From positions 3,872,001 through 3,936,000 of the forward strand of contig OY969695.1 in assembly GCA_963701965.1 (NCBI GenBank): a DNA stretch of 64,000 nt, written 5' to 3'. The notes beneath the pieces are model-generated. The model searched no databases. It saw nothing but the letters and a program-made list of their open reading frames with translations, and was not told the origin of the DNA. This document shows positions 10,155-21,000 of the stretch, in pieces. The translations under genes were made by a program, and so were the position numbers. The DNA comes from an uncultured Gemmatimonadales bacterium (GTDB lineage: Bacteria; Gemmatimonadota; Gemmatimonadetes; Gemmatimonadales; Gemmatimonadaceae). How positions within the stretch are numbered: the first letter of the stretch is position 1; each line of letters starts with the position of its first letter.

Positions 10155-11210
10155 CTACGTCCCGAAGATGCGCTTGAAGAACGGCCGGCGGGCGGGGGTC
10201 GGGACGGCGGCCCGCCGGGCCGACTTTTTCAGGTTGGAGAACACGGTGCGTTCACCATCCTTCGACGGTTGGTACGTCGTCGGGAACAGCTTGGCGAGAT
10301 GCTCCTGCAGCATGTCGGGCGACCCGGGGACCCGTTGCGCCTCGCACCACCGGTCGAGGTCCCGCCCCATCTGGGCCGCCGTGCCCCGGCGCGCCGGATC
10401 CTTGTCCAGCGCCATCGTAATGATGTGCTCCAGCTCCGCCGGAATGTGCGGGACGCGCGCCCGAATGTTGGGGATGGGATGCACGGCGACCTCGTCGATC
10501 GCCAGTTGCGTGATGTCTTCCGTGAACAAGGGTTCCAACGCCAGCAGCTCGTACAGCACCACGCCCATGGTGAAGACGTCGCTTCGCGCATCGACGTTGA
10601 GTCCCAGCATCTGCTCGGGGCTCATGTAGTGCTTCTTGCCCATCAACATCTGCCGGCCCGCCGCCGGATCGATCGACGTGCGCGCCTTGGCAATGCCGAA
10701 ATCGGCCAACTTGATGTGTCCATCCCACGAGGCCATGATGTTGCCCGGCGACACATCGCGGTGGACGATGTCGAGCCGGCGTTTGTCGGGCGCGACGAAG
10801 TTGTGGGCGAAGTCGAGCGCGCGACACACGCGGCTCGCGACGTAGGCGGCGAGGTGGGCGGGAATCGGCTGGCCCAACTCCCAATGCCGGTCAATGACCG
10901 ACCGGACGGTGGGCCCTTGGATGAACTCCATCGCGATGAAGTACTCGCCCGACACTTCGCCCAGTTGGTAGATCTGCACGATGTTGCCGTGCATCAGATT
11001 GGCCGACAGCTTCGCTTCATCGATGAAGAGCTGCAGCCATTCCTGCTGCTTCGCGTACTGCGGATGGATGACTTTGAGCGCGATGCGCTTGGCGAATCCG
11101 GCCGGGCCGAGCTGTTCCGCTTCGTACACGGTGGCCATCCCGCCCACCGCAATCTTGCGGACCAGTCGGAACGAACCGGCGTACTGGAGGAAGCGGTCGT
11201 TGTCGGTCAT
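10155..11210 (-). CDS. Soluble Hanks-type Ser/Thr protein kinase
   Basis: GGMATVY, ALK, HRDVSPGN, DFG, YMSPE; no transmembrane segment. Confidence 0.93.
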   Translation of the reverse strand: MTDNDRFLQYAGSFRLVRKIAVGGMATVYEAEQLGPAGFAKRIALKVIHPQYAKQQEWLQLFIDEAKLSANLMHGNIVQIYQLGEVSGEYFIAMEFIQGPTVRSVIDRHWELGQPIPAHLAAYVASRVCRALDFAHNFVAPDKRRLDIVHRDVSPGNIMASWDGHIKLADFGIAKARTSIDPAAGRQMLMGKKHYMSPEQMLGLNVDARSDVFTMGVVLYELLALEPLFTEDITQLAIDEVAVHPIPNIRARVPHIPAELEHIITMALDKDPARRGTAAQMGRDLDRWCEAQRVPGSPDMLQEHLAKLFPTTYQPSKDGERTVFSNLKKSARRAAVPTPARRPFFKRIFGT

Positions 11211-11219
11211 CTTTCGGGG

Positions 11220-12248
11220 ATGGCTCAGCGGACGTTACATGATGTGCGCGACGTGACGATCATCGGCGGTGGTCCGACTGGATTGTTCGCCCTCTTTTAT
11301 GCCGGGATGCGCGGCGCGACCGGCCGCATCGTCGATGCGCTGCCCGAACTCGGTGGACAGCTCACGGCGCTCTACCCGGAGAAATACATCTTCGACGTCG
11401 CCGGCTTTCCCAAAGTGCTGGCCAAGGACCTGGTCCGCTCACTCGCCGAGCAGGCGGCGCAGTTCCAACAGCCGTGGCATTTGAGCCAACGGGTCGAAGC
11501 TCTGGAAGAAGACGGCGGGTTGTTCACGCTCGTCACGGCCACCGACCGTTTCCCATCCCGCGCCATCGTCATTGCGGCCGGGATCGGGGCGTTTTCGCCG
11601 CGGCGACTGCCGCAGCCGTTTGCGGCGTCCTGGTACGGCAAGGGCATTCACGAGGTCGTCACCGACCCCGAAGCGTTCCGCGACCGGCGGGTCGTCATCA
11701 TTGGCGGCGGGGACTCGGCGTTCGACTGGGCGACGCAACTCCTGGGGCGCGCCGCGTCGGTGACCCTCGTGCATCGGAGCGACCGGTTTCGGGCGCACGC
11801 CGCGACCGTGCGGCAGCTGCACGAGGCCGTCGGGGCCGGCAAGGCGGCGCTGCATACGTTCCACGAGCTCCACGAGATCTGCGGCGACAACGGGCATCTG
11901 ACCGGCGTCGTGCTGCGCGACACAAAGGCCAAGTCCACGCGCGAGATCCCGGCTGATGCGGTCCTGCCCATGCTGGGTTTCGTCAGCGACATCGGACCGC
12001 TGGCCGACTGGGGGCTCCGTCTGGAGAAGGACGAGATCGTCGTCTCCAGCACCATGGAGACCGGACGCGCCGGGGTGTACGCGGCGGGCGACATCACGAC
12101 CTATCCGGGAAAGCTCAAGCTGATCGCCACCGGATTCAGCGAGGCGGCGATTGCCGTCAACCAGGCGGTCCACTGGATCTACCCCGACAAGAAGGTGGCG
12201 CCGGGGCATAGCTCGAACATGGCCATTTTCGGCCAGACCGACGACTAG
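11220..12248 (+). CDS. Thioredoxin-reductase-type ferredoxin-NADP+ reductase (YumC-like)
   Basis: IIGGGPTG, GGQLTALYPEKYIFDV, GGGDSAFDW, GKLKLI, C-terminal PGHSS; no CxxC. Confidence 0.9.
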   Translation: MAQRTLHDVRDVTIIGGGPTGLFALFYAGMRGATGRIVDALPELGGQLTALYPEKYIFDVAGFPKVLAKDLVRSLAEQAAQFQQPWHLSQRVEALEEDGGLFTLVTATDRFPSRAIVIAAGIGAFSPRRLPQPFAASWYGKGIHEVVTDPEAFRDRRVVIIGGGDSAFDWATQLLGRAASVTLVHRSDRFRAHAATVRQLHEAVGAGKAALHTFHELHEICGDNGHLTGVVLRDTKAKSTREIPADAVLPMLGFVSDIGPLADWGLRLEKDEIVVSSTMETGRAGVYAAGDITTYPGKLKLIATGFSEAAIAVNQAVHWIYPDKKVAPGHSSNMAIFGQTDD

Positions 12249-13180
12249 TCGTACGTGACGCGGGGATCGGCGGCGGCGTACGCCAGATCGGTCAGCAGGT
12301 TCACCAGGACGAAGACGACACTGAGAAAGAGCACCGATCCCTGGATGGCGGGGAGGTCGCGGCGCGCGATGGCGTTCACGACGTAGCGGCCGAGCCCCGG
12401 CCAGCTGAACACCGTCTCGGTCAGAATCGATCCGGTGAGATAGTAGCCGACATCGAGACCGAGCACGGTAATCACCGGGATGAGCGCCGTGCGCAACGCG
12501 TGGCGCAGGACGACATCGCGCTCCCGCAAGCCCTTGGCCCGCGCCGTCCGCACGTAGTCGGCGCCAAGGGATTCCAACATTGCCGAGCGCGTCTGCCGGG
12601 CCAGCACCGCGATCGACCTGAGCCCAAGCGCGAACGCCGGCAGCACCAGGTACACCGGGTTGCCGCCGCCAAAGCCCGACGGTGGCAGCCACCGGAGGGC
12701 CACGGCGAAGATCAGGATCAGGACCAAGCCGACCCAGTACACCGGAAACGAGATCCCCAGATACGCGCCGACCGAGGCCAGGCGATCCGTCCACGTGTCC
12801 GGGTGGCGTGCCGAGAGGATGCCGAGCGGCACGCCGAGGGCGACGGCGAGCATCATCGCCGAGAGTGCCAGCAGCACCGTGTTGGGAAATCGCTCGGCGA
12901 TGTCGCGGCTGATCGGCCGGCCGGTGATGTAGGATCGCCCGAGGTCTCCGCGCAGCACGCCCGCCGCGTAATGCGCGAACTGCATCGGCACGGGCTCATC
13001 GAGATGCATCTGGGCCCGGAGCCGCGCCACGGTGGCCGAGTCGGCGCGTTCGCCGACCATCTCCTGCACGGGATCGCCGGGCGCTACGTAGAGCAGCAGA
13101 AACGCGACGATGAGCACGCCGGCCAGCGTCGGCACGGCCAGCACGAGCCGTCGGACGATGAACGCCGTCTTTTTGTGCAC
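12245..13180 (-). CDS. Peptide/nickel ABC transporter permease, DppB/OppB family
   Basis: APGDP, GDLGRS, YVRTARAKGL, ETVFSWPGLG. Confidence 0.93.
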   Translation of the reverse strand: MHKKTAFIVRRLVLAVPTLAGVLIVAFLLLYVAPGDPVQEMVGERADSATVARLRAQMHLDEPVPMQFAHYAAGVLRGDLGRSYITGRPISRDIAERFPNTVLLALSAMMLAVALGVPLGILSARHPDTWTDRLASVGAYLGISFPVYWVGLVLILIFAVALRWLPPSGFGGGNPVYLVLPAFALGLRSIAVLARQTRSAMLESLGADYVRTARAKGLRERDVVLRHALRTALIPVITVLGLDVGYYLTGSILTETVFSWPGLGRYVVNAIARRDLPAIQGSVLFLSVVFVLVNLLTDLAYAAADPRVTYD

Positions 13181-13184
13181 GGCG

Positions 13185-14768
13185 CTACTGCGCGGCGTGC
13201 GCGATCTCGACGTCCGTCCAGCGCTGCGCGTTGAAGATCACGGGCGCCTGGAAGCCCTTGAGCCATGGCTGGACGGCGTACAGGTCGTTGTAGAAGACCA
13301 GGAACAACATGGGCGCATCCGTGAACGCCAGCGAGTCGGCCTGGCGATACTCCCGCGCCCGCGTGTCGTCGCTCCGCTCCTCGCGCGCCGCGCCGATGAG
13401 CCGGTCGAATTGCGGGTTGGCGTAGAAGGACACGTTGCCGCCTTGGCCCGCGTTGGCCGACGCCAGCAACGGGTACAGAAAATTCTCGGCGTCGACGTAG
13501 TCCGCGTACCAGTCCTTGAGCACGATGTCGGTCTTGCCGTTGCGGGCCGCATCGCGCAGGGAGTTGTTGTCGCGCTGGACGATCTGCACGGTGACGCCGA
13601 CGGCCGCCAGATACCCCTGGATGGCCTGTGCCACCTGGGGGAACGGCGGCTCCTGCCCGCACCACAACTCCAGCCGCACGTCATGCGCGTGGCCGGCCGC
13701 GGCCAGCAAATGCTTGGCCCGCGCGGGATCAAAGGGGTAGGGATGCCGGCTCGTGTCGGCCCCGATCACGGATGGCGGAACGACACCGGCCGCCAGGCGG
13801 CCGCGCCCCGCCAGCAGTTGGTCCAGAATCTGCCGCCGGTCGACCGCGTAGTTGATCGCCTGGCGCACGCGGGCGTCGGTCAGCGGACCGCGCGTGACAT
13901 TGAACGCGGCATAGATGAGACGCAGCGGCGGCGGCGACTGCAAGAGCGCTTTGCGTTCGTCGGTTTCCTGCCACTGCCGGGTCTCGCCTTCCGGCACGTA
14001 GAGGAGATCGACGTTACCGGCCTCGAATTCGGCCACCGCGGTACTGGGCTCGGGCACGATGCGGGCTTCGAACGAGTCGGCTTTGGGCGGACCGCCGAAG
14101 TACGCGGCGTTGCGCGCCAGCCGGACATAGTCGTCGTGCTTCCACTCGGCGAACTTCCACGGCCCCGTGCCCACGGGATGCTCGCTGAAGTTGTCGGGCA
14201 CCGAGTCCGGGACGATGGACGCGACCGGCATCGCCAGCAGTTTGGGAAAGACCGCCAGTGGGGACGCCAGCGTGATCACCACGGTGCTATCGTCGGGGGC
14301 AGCGAGCCCCGGGACGCTCGCGGCTTTGCCGCTGGCGAACTCGCGGGCGCCGGCGATCGGATAGAGCGGCCAGAGGGGAACGCCCTTGGTGGCGGGATCG
14401 AGCGCCCGCGTGATGCTGTGGACCACCGTCGACGCCCGCAGGGGGCGGCCGTCGTGAAACGCGATGTGGGCCCGGAGGTGAAACGTGTAGGCGAGATTGG
14501 AGGGGCTCACGTCCCAGCGGGAGGCGAGCCCGGGCAGAAGCGACCCGTCGGATCCGACGCGCGTCAACCCATTGAACAGGTCGGCGACCAGGCGGCCACT
14601 GGGGATGTCGTTCGCGTGCGCTGGATCGAGCGACCGGGGGTCGTAGCGGTCCCGCGAGTCGATCAGCGTGCGCCGGGCCGGATTTGCGTCCCCACCACGG
14701 CAGCTAACCAGCGCGCATGCGAAGAAAACACTTGCGAAGAGACGGTAAATCGTTGGCACCGTTGACAT
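13185..14768 (-). CDS. Peptide ABC transporter substrate-binding protein (family 5), probable lipoprotein
   Basis: Lipobox-like LVSC, SLDP, LAS.W, FHDG, PVGTGP, VRQAINYAVDR. Confidence 0.92.
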   Translation of the reverse strand: MSTVPTIYRLFASVFFACALVSCRGGDANPARRTLIDSRDRYDPRSLDPAHANDIPSGRLVADLFNGLTRVGSDGSLLPGLASRWDVSPSNLAYTFHLRAHIAFHDGRPLRASTVVHSITRALDPATKGVPLWPLYPIAGAREFASGKAASVPGLAAPDDSTVVITLASPLAVFPKLLAMPVASIVPDSVPDNFSEHPVGTGPWKFAEWKHDDYVRLARNAAYFGGPPKADSFEARIVPEPSTAVAEFEAGNVDLLYVPEGETRQWQETDERKALLQSPPPLRLIYAAFNVTRGPLTDARVRQAINYAVDRRQILDQLLAGRGRLAAGVVPPSVIGADTSRHPYPFDPARAKHLLAAAGHAHDVRLELWCGQEPPFPQVAQAIQGYLAAVGVTVQIVQRDNNSLRDAARNGKTDIVLKDWYADYVDAENFLYPLLASANAGQGGNVSFYANPQFDRLIGAAREERSDDTRAREYRQADSLAFTDAPMLFLVFYNDLYAVQPWLKGFQAPVIFNAQRWTDVEIAHAAQ

Positions 14769-14817
14769 AATGGGTGGCGCGGCGAGAACTTACGCCGCTA
14801 CTTAAGATGCGTCAATC

Positions 14818-15738
14818 GTGAGCTATATCCTGTATGCCGACGACCATGAGGACATGCGCTTGATGGTGCGCGCCCTCCTCACGTCGTCAGGCCATGAAGT
14901 CGCCCTCGTCGCGGACGGCAGGGCCGCGCTCGACGCGTTACAGGAGCGCGAGCCGGACCTGCTGCTGCTCGACGTGATGATGCCGCGCCTGTCGGGGCTC
15001 GACACGTGCCGCGCCGTGAAGGGTAACCCGTTCACGGCGCGGATTCCGGTCCTCATGCTCACGGCCGAAGGGCAGATCGATAGCAAGGTCGAGGGATTCG
15101 AGGCCGGCGCCGATGACTATCTGGCCAAGCCGTTCGATCCCCGCGAGCTCCGCGCCCGCGTCGCCGCCCTCCTCCGGCTGGTCCGCCGCGAGGCCGATCG
15201 CAACCCGACCAGCGGACTGCCCGGCGGGCGCGCGATCGAGGAAGAGATCATGCGCCGCATCGGCAACGACGACACGTTCGCCGTGTGCTATCTCGACATC
15301 GACTACTTCAAGCCGTTCGCCGACACCTTCGGCTTCGCGGCGGCGGACACGGTCATCAAGGACACGGCATCGGCCATTGTGGACGCCGTCGCCGCGCACG
15401 GACACGCCCTGGACTTCGTCGGCCACGTCGGCGGCGATGACTTTCTGATCGTGACCGATGGGACGCGCGCCGAGGTGGTGCTCCGGGACTCGTCCAGCCG
15501 GTTCCGCGACGTCATCGGCCGCGTCGTCGGCTACGAAGCGCTGGAGCGGGGCGCGTTTCCCGGCGTCGATCGCGATGGCACCATCAAACGCTTCCCCATC
15601 GCCCGGATGTCGGCCGCCGTGGTGACGGTGCGGCCGGACGAGTGGATCTCGATCGGGCACCTCGGCGCGCTGGCGGCCGACGCGAAGCGGCGCGCGAAGC
15701 AGCAAGGCGCAGGGACGATTCTCGTCAACGCCGGTTAG
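14818..15738 (+). CDS. Response regulator with GGDEF-family output domain (GGDDF)
   Basis: Receiver (DD, LLDVMMP, KPF) followed by NPTSGLPG, DIDYFK, GHVGGDDF. Confidence 0.9.
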   Translation: MSYILYADDHEDMRLMVRALLTSSGHEVALVADGRAALDALQEREPDLLLLDVMMPRLSGLDTCRAVKGNPFTARIPVLMLTAEGQIDSKVEGFEAGADDYLAKPFDPRELRARVAALLRLVRREADRNPTSGLPGGRAIEEEIMRRIGNDDTFAVCYLDIDYFKPFADTFGFAAADTVIKDTASAIVDAVAAHGHALDFVGHVGGDDFLIVTDGTRAEVVLRDSSSRFRDVIGRVVGYEALERGAFPGVDRDGTIKRFPIARMSAAVVTVRPDEWISIGHLGALAADAKRRAKQQGAGTILVNAG

Positions 15739-15751
15739 GCGCTCGACGGGC

Positions 15752-18055
15752 GTGCGCCTCGCCGCCATCGCGCTCGCCTTCGTGGCCGGCGCGACGATCG
15801 TCCCCCGCGCCGCCGCCGCGCAAAGCGAGCGATGCGGCGCCAACGACCCGGAAGTCGGCTGGCTGCACTTCCGCGGCAACCAGTCGTTCGACGACGAAGA
15901 GCTGGGCAACGCCATCGTGACCACGCCGTCGAGCTGGGCGCGCCGCACGTTTCGCTTCATCGGCACCCGCCGCTGCCTCGACCGCGATGAGTACGCCCGC
16001 GACCGCCTGCGCCTCGAGATTTTCTACCGCAAGCATGGGTACTATCAGGCCACGGTCGACACGCTGCTGCGGGCGCTGAGCCCGGGCATCGTGGGCGTCG
16101 CGTTCACGATCCACGAGGGCGAGCCCGTGGTGATCGACTCGATCACCGTCGCCGGCTTCTCGGGGCTCAAAAATATCGAGCGCGACACCAGCCACCTCCC
16201 GGTGCGCCGCCGTCTCCCGGGCCACAAGCCGACGCGCGCGAACGTGTTCGACCGCTACACGATCGATGCCACGCGCGATGTGCTGGTGCGCCGGCTGCAG
16301 GCCGCGGGGTTCCCGTTTGCCCAGGTGCTCGTGAACACCGACGTCAACACCGCGCGCCGGTCGGCTTGGGTGGGCTTTACCGCGGTACGGGGACCGTACG
16401 CCACTATCCGCTCCGTGGTCATCGACTCGCGCTCCGCGCACGGCGGAAAGGCGGAGATTCCCGACCAGGTTGCCACGCGGTTGAGCGGCCTGGCGCCGGG
16501 CCAACCGTACGACGTGACGGACCTCCAAAAGGCTCAGCGCAACTTGTTCGAGACCAATGCCTATCGGCGGGTACGCTACGACGTGTCACCCGACTCCGTC
16601 CCGTCCGACATCCCCGATACCGCGGTCGACGTCACGCTGCACACCCAGGAGGACTACATCCACTCGGCGCGTGTCGGCGCCGGATGGGGCACGCTCGATT
16701 GTTTCCGCGTCCAGGGGCAGTACACCGACCGCAATTTCTTCGACGACGCGCGACACCTCGACGTGTCGGCGCGCGTGTCCAAGATCGGCATCGGCGACCC
16801 GTTCGGTGGCCTCCACAACAGCCTGTGCGCGCCCGCCCGCGGCGACATCTACGCCGATTCGCTGAACTACAACGTCTCCATCACTCTGCGGCAACCCGAG
16901 CTGTTCGGCATCCGTCTCTATCCGCAGCTCTCGCTCTACAGCGAGCGCCGGTCGGAGTTCAATGCCTACGTCCGCTCCACCCCCATCGGCGCGACGGCGT
17001 CGCTGACCCGCAATCTGGGGTGGCTCGTCTCGGTGGTGCCCCAATACACGCTGCAGTACGGGAAGACATCGGCGGCGCCCGCGCTGCTGTGCGCCCTCTT
17101 CAATCTCTGCCAGGCGGCGGACCAGGCCCGCGTGCTGCGGGAAGGCGTGCTGAGCCAGGTCGGGGTCACGGTGGTCCGGGACGGGCGCGACGATCCGATT
17201 ACGCCGCACCGGGGCTCGTTCCTCAGCACCAGCTTCACCCACTCGGGTCCCGAGCTGGGCTCGAACAGCGAATTTCAGTTCAGCAAAATCACGGGCGAAG
17301 CCCGCTGGTACCACGAGATCGCGCACACCGGCGCTGTTTTTGGGGCGCGCATTCTGGCTGGCCACATCTTCGGAACGAGCTCGGCCGACGGATTTGCATT
17401 CGTCCCGCTCGAGCAGCGTCTCTATGCCGGCGGTCCCACCACCGTGCGAGGCTTTCCCCAGAACCAACTGGGGCCGGCCGTTTACCTGACGCAATTCATC
17501 GATTCGGCCTGCACGCTGGCGGGCGCCCGTTGCACCACTCCCCGGTTCTCCCACGTCGTGCCGACGCGCCCCGTGTTCGTCGTGCCCACCGGCGGGAACA
17601 CCAGCATCGTCGCCAACGCGGAGCTCCGCCTCAAGAGCCCGGTGCTGCCGAGTTACGTCGGGTGGACGGCCTTCGTGGACGCGGGTCGGGTCACGCCGCC
17701 ACCGACCAAGGGCACGGTGCTCGATTCCACCCTGCAGCATTTTTTCGTGACGCCGGGTGTCGGCGTGCAGGCGTTCACGCCGATTGGACCGGTCCGTCTC
17801 AATGTGGGGTATAATCCGGCGCGACAGCCGTTCGGTCCCGCTTACTTCGCCGTGCCGCCCGCGTCCTTGGGAGAGAACCAGGCGCAGGCGCCCGTGCTCT
17901 GCGTTAGCCCCGGAAACACGCTGCAAATCGTGAACGTCAAGGGCGTCCCTGTACAAGCGACCAATGCGCCGTGTCCCGCGTCGTACCAACCGGTGCCGAA
18001 GAATGGCTTCCTGAATCATCTCACGTTGAACTTCTCGATCGGCGAAGCGTTCTGA
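15752..18055 (+). CDS. Omp85 family (TamA/BamA-like) outer membrane protein
   Basis: Signal peptide, POTRA-like segments (FRGN, YRKHGY), YAGGPTTVRGF, TPIGPVRL, terminal FSIGEAF. Confidence 0.92.
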   Translation: MRLAAIALAFVAGATIVPRAAAAQSERCGANDPEVGWLHFRGNQSFDDEELGNAIVTTPSSWARRTFRFIGTRRCLDRDEYARDRLRLEIFYRKHGYYQATVDTLLRALSPGIVGVAFTIHEGEPVVIDSITVAGFSGLKNIERDTSHLPVRRRLPGHKPTRANVFDRYTIDATRDVLVRRLQAAGFPFAQVLVNTDVNTARRSAWVGFTAVRGPYATIRSVVIDSRSAHGGKAEIPDQVATRLSGLAPGQPYDVTDLQKAQRNLFETNAYRRVRYDVSPDSVPSDIPDTAVDVTLHTQEDYIHSARVGAGWGTLDCFRVQGQYTDRNFFDDARHLDVSARVSKIGIGDPFGGLHNSLCAPARGDIYADSLNYNVSITLRQPELFGIRLYPQLSLYSERRSEFNAYVRSTPIGATASLTRNLGWLVSVVPQYTLQYGKTSAAPALLCALFNLCQAADQARVLREGVLSQVGVTVVRDGRDDPITPHRGSFLSTSFTHSGPELGSNSEFQFSKITGEARWYHEIAHTGAVFGARILAGHIFGTSSADGFAFVPLEQRLYAGGPTTVRGFPQNQLGPAVYLTQFIDSACTLAGARCTTPRFSHVVPTRPVFVVPTGGNTSIVANAELRLKSPVLPSYVGWTAFVDAGRVTPPPTKGTVLDSTLQHFFVTPGVGVQAFTPIGPVRLNVGYNPARQPFGPAYFAVPPASLGENQAQAPVLCVSPGNTLQIVNVKGVPVQATNAPCPASYQPVPKNGFLNHLTLNFSIGEAF

Positions 18056-18062
18056 TCGCACC

Positions 18063-21000
18063 ATGTCTCCCGCCCCCCGCCGTCGCGTCGTCGTCGCGCT
18101 GAGCGCGCTCGTCCTGCTCGTCATCGGGCTGGCCGTCGTCGGGTCGGCGGTCTGGATGACGCAGACGGACTGGGGCCGGGCGCGCATTCGGGCGTTTCTG
18201 GTCGCGCGCCTGGCGTCGGTGGTCCACGGCCGCCTGTACGTGGGGCGGCTCGGCGGCAATCTGCTCACCGAGGTGACCATCGACTCGATCGATCTCCGGG
18301 ATCGAGAAGGCCGGCCGTTCATTTCGACCGGCCCCCTGACCGTACGGTTCGATCCCCGCGACCTGGTCGACCAGCGCATTCTGTTGCAGCACGTCGATGT
18401 CTCCCACCCCGTCGTCCACATCGTCAATTACCGGGGCACGGGCTGGAACTACCGGGACATCTTCGGACCCGGCAGCAACCGGCGGCGTTCGTTGACCCAT
18501 GTGCGCGGGTTCGGCGACTACATCGTCTTCCGCGATGTCACCGTCCGCGATGCATCGATCGAGTACGCGGAACCGTGGCAGCCAGACGACTCGCTCCGTG
18601 GCGCCAGGAGGGACAGCGTCATCGCGGTTGAGCTGGCCAAGCCCGACAGTGGTGTGCGGCGGTGGACGGACGGCTTGAAGCACAGCTTTCGTTGGCGCCA
18701 CAGCGACCTCAAGGCCCACTACGTGCGCCTGGCCGACCCGGACTCGGTGGGCCTGGCGTTCGGTATCGACGAGGTGTCGACGGATGAATCCGAGCCGCGG
18801 TTCAAGTTTCGCCATGTGCGGGGCACGGCGCGCGTGCGCGGCGATTCGCTCTGGCTGGAATTCCCGCATTTCGAGCTGCCGGGCAGCGCCGGACGGGCGG
18901 CGGGGCGCCTCGTGTTCGGCAATAACCTGCCCGTCCGGATCGCGATGCACGCGGTCGCCGACACGGCGTCGCTGAACGACATCGCCTGGGTCTATCCCAC
19001 GCTGCCCACGACGGGCGGCGGGTCGGCCACCGTCGACATCAAGACCGAGCGCGACCCGCACTTCATCGATTACGAGCTGTCGAAGATGGATGTCAGCACG
19101 ACGCGATCGCGCGTGCGCGGGACGATGACCTTCGTCGTGGGCGGACCGGTGCTGGCCGTGCGCAACCTGAACGTCCGCGCCATGCCGCTCGACTTCCTGT
19201 TCATCAGGACGCTGGCCGGGACGCCGTTTCCCGTCGACTACGCGGGGGCGTTCACCGGCATCGTGCACGCGCGGGGTGGGCCGCTGAACCAGTTTCAGGC
19301 GGACACGGTCCGCCTGACGTTCGACGACGCCCACGTGCCCGGTGCCCAATCCCGATTCTTCGGCAGTGGGTTGTTGGACATCCACGATCCGCAGGTCACG
19401 CGGTTCCACGGCTTCCATCTCGAGTTTCAGCGGCTCGATCTCCGGACCCTCCAGTTTCTCTATCCGGATTTCCCCCGGCTCAATGGCACGGTCGCCGGTC
19501 ACGCCACGCTCGACTCGCTGTGGGACGACGTGCGCGTCCGCGATGCTGACCTGACGCAGACCGACGGGCCCGATGAGCCGACACGGGCCACGGGCGGCGG
19601 GCGCGTGACCTTCGCCGACACGACGGTCACCTACGATCTGGCGCTCGTCTTCTCCCGGCTCTCGTTCGCGACGCTCGGGCGATCCTATCCCGGGGTCTGG
19701 TTCCGGGGCGCGTTCACCGGACCGCTGCGGATGAAGGGCACGATGGACAATCTCGATCTCTCGGCGAACCTCACCAGCGACGCGGGAGCGGTGAGCACGA
19801 CCGGTCACTTCAATCTCGCGGGTCCCATTTTCGTGGCCCGGGGCACGGCGTCCTTCGTCGACGCCGATCTGTCATCGTTGCCCGCCCGCGACGGTCTCCT
19901 CGCGAGTGACCTCACGGTGACGGCGCAGGGGGATTTGACGGGCACGTCGCTGGCCGATCTTGCCGGCACGATGGCCCTGACGGTCGGCCGCTCGCTGGTC
20001 GACAGCGTGTCCGTGGATACGGGCCGGGTGTCGCTGGCGTTCGCCGGAGGCGCCGTGCGCATCGACTCGCTCCACGCGCAGACGGCCTTGGCGAACGTCG
20101 ACGGCGAGGGCGCCCTCGGCCTGGTGACCGGTCACGACGACTCGCTGGCGTTCCGGGCGTCGTTCGACTCCCTCGGCGCGCTGAAACGGTATCTGGAGGG
20201 CGATACGGTTGCCGGCACGGCGACGGTGACCGGTATCATCGGGGGATGGCTGGACTCTCTCGCGGCGCGTGGCCGCATCAATGCCATCGGTCTCCGCTAC
20301 GGCCGAAACCACGTCAATGACGCCCGGGCCACGTTCGACGTGAGCGACATGCCGCGACACGCCACCGGCACCGTCACGCTCTCGCTCGATACGCTGCGCC
20401 TGTCCGGTATCGCGTTGCAACAAGTGCAGGGGGAGGCCCGGATCGCCCATGGCAAGGAGACGCGGGCCACGCTCCACGCCACCAGCCAGAGCGGTCCCAC
20501 CGCCGACGCGGGTTTCGCCGTGTTCGTGGGACGCGACACCACCGACGTCATCGTCGACTCCCTGGCCCTGCGCACGCCCGGCAACGACTGGCACCTCGAT
20601 CACCCGGCCCGCGTTCGCACGGGGCGATTTGGGCTCATCCTCGACTCGGCCACCGCGCGCGGCGCGGTCGCCGGTTGGATCGCGGCCCGGGCCAACCTGC
20701 CGCGCGTGGGCGCGATCGCGGTGCACTTCGGCGGCGACAGCATCCCGCTGGCCGACCTCGGCGCGCTGGCCCAATCGCTCGACCAAGCGGGAGGCGCGGC
20801 CGCGTTCAATGTCGACATCGCCGCCACGCGCGCCAATCCCATCATGAAGTTCACCGCGCAACTGACCGGCGCCCGGTTGGGCAATGTGGCGATCGACCAG
20901 GTCCGCGCCGAGGGCGGATACCAGAGCAAGCAGTTGAGCGTCCACACCGATTTCGTCCAGCGCGGTGACACGGCGCTGCACGCCGCCCTCGCCCTGCCGC

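Noticed and set aside
14762..14800. TTGACA and a short GCGGCG/CGCCGC inverted repeat in the divergent gap
   Set aside because: TTGACA is the reverse complement of the dppA start region and lacks a good -10 at 17 nt. A 6-bp GC repeat is expected by chance.
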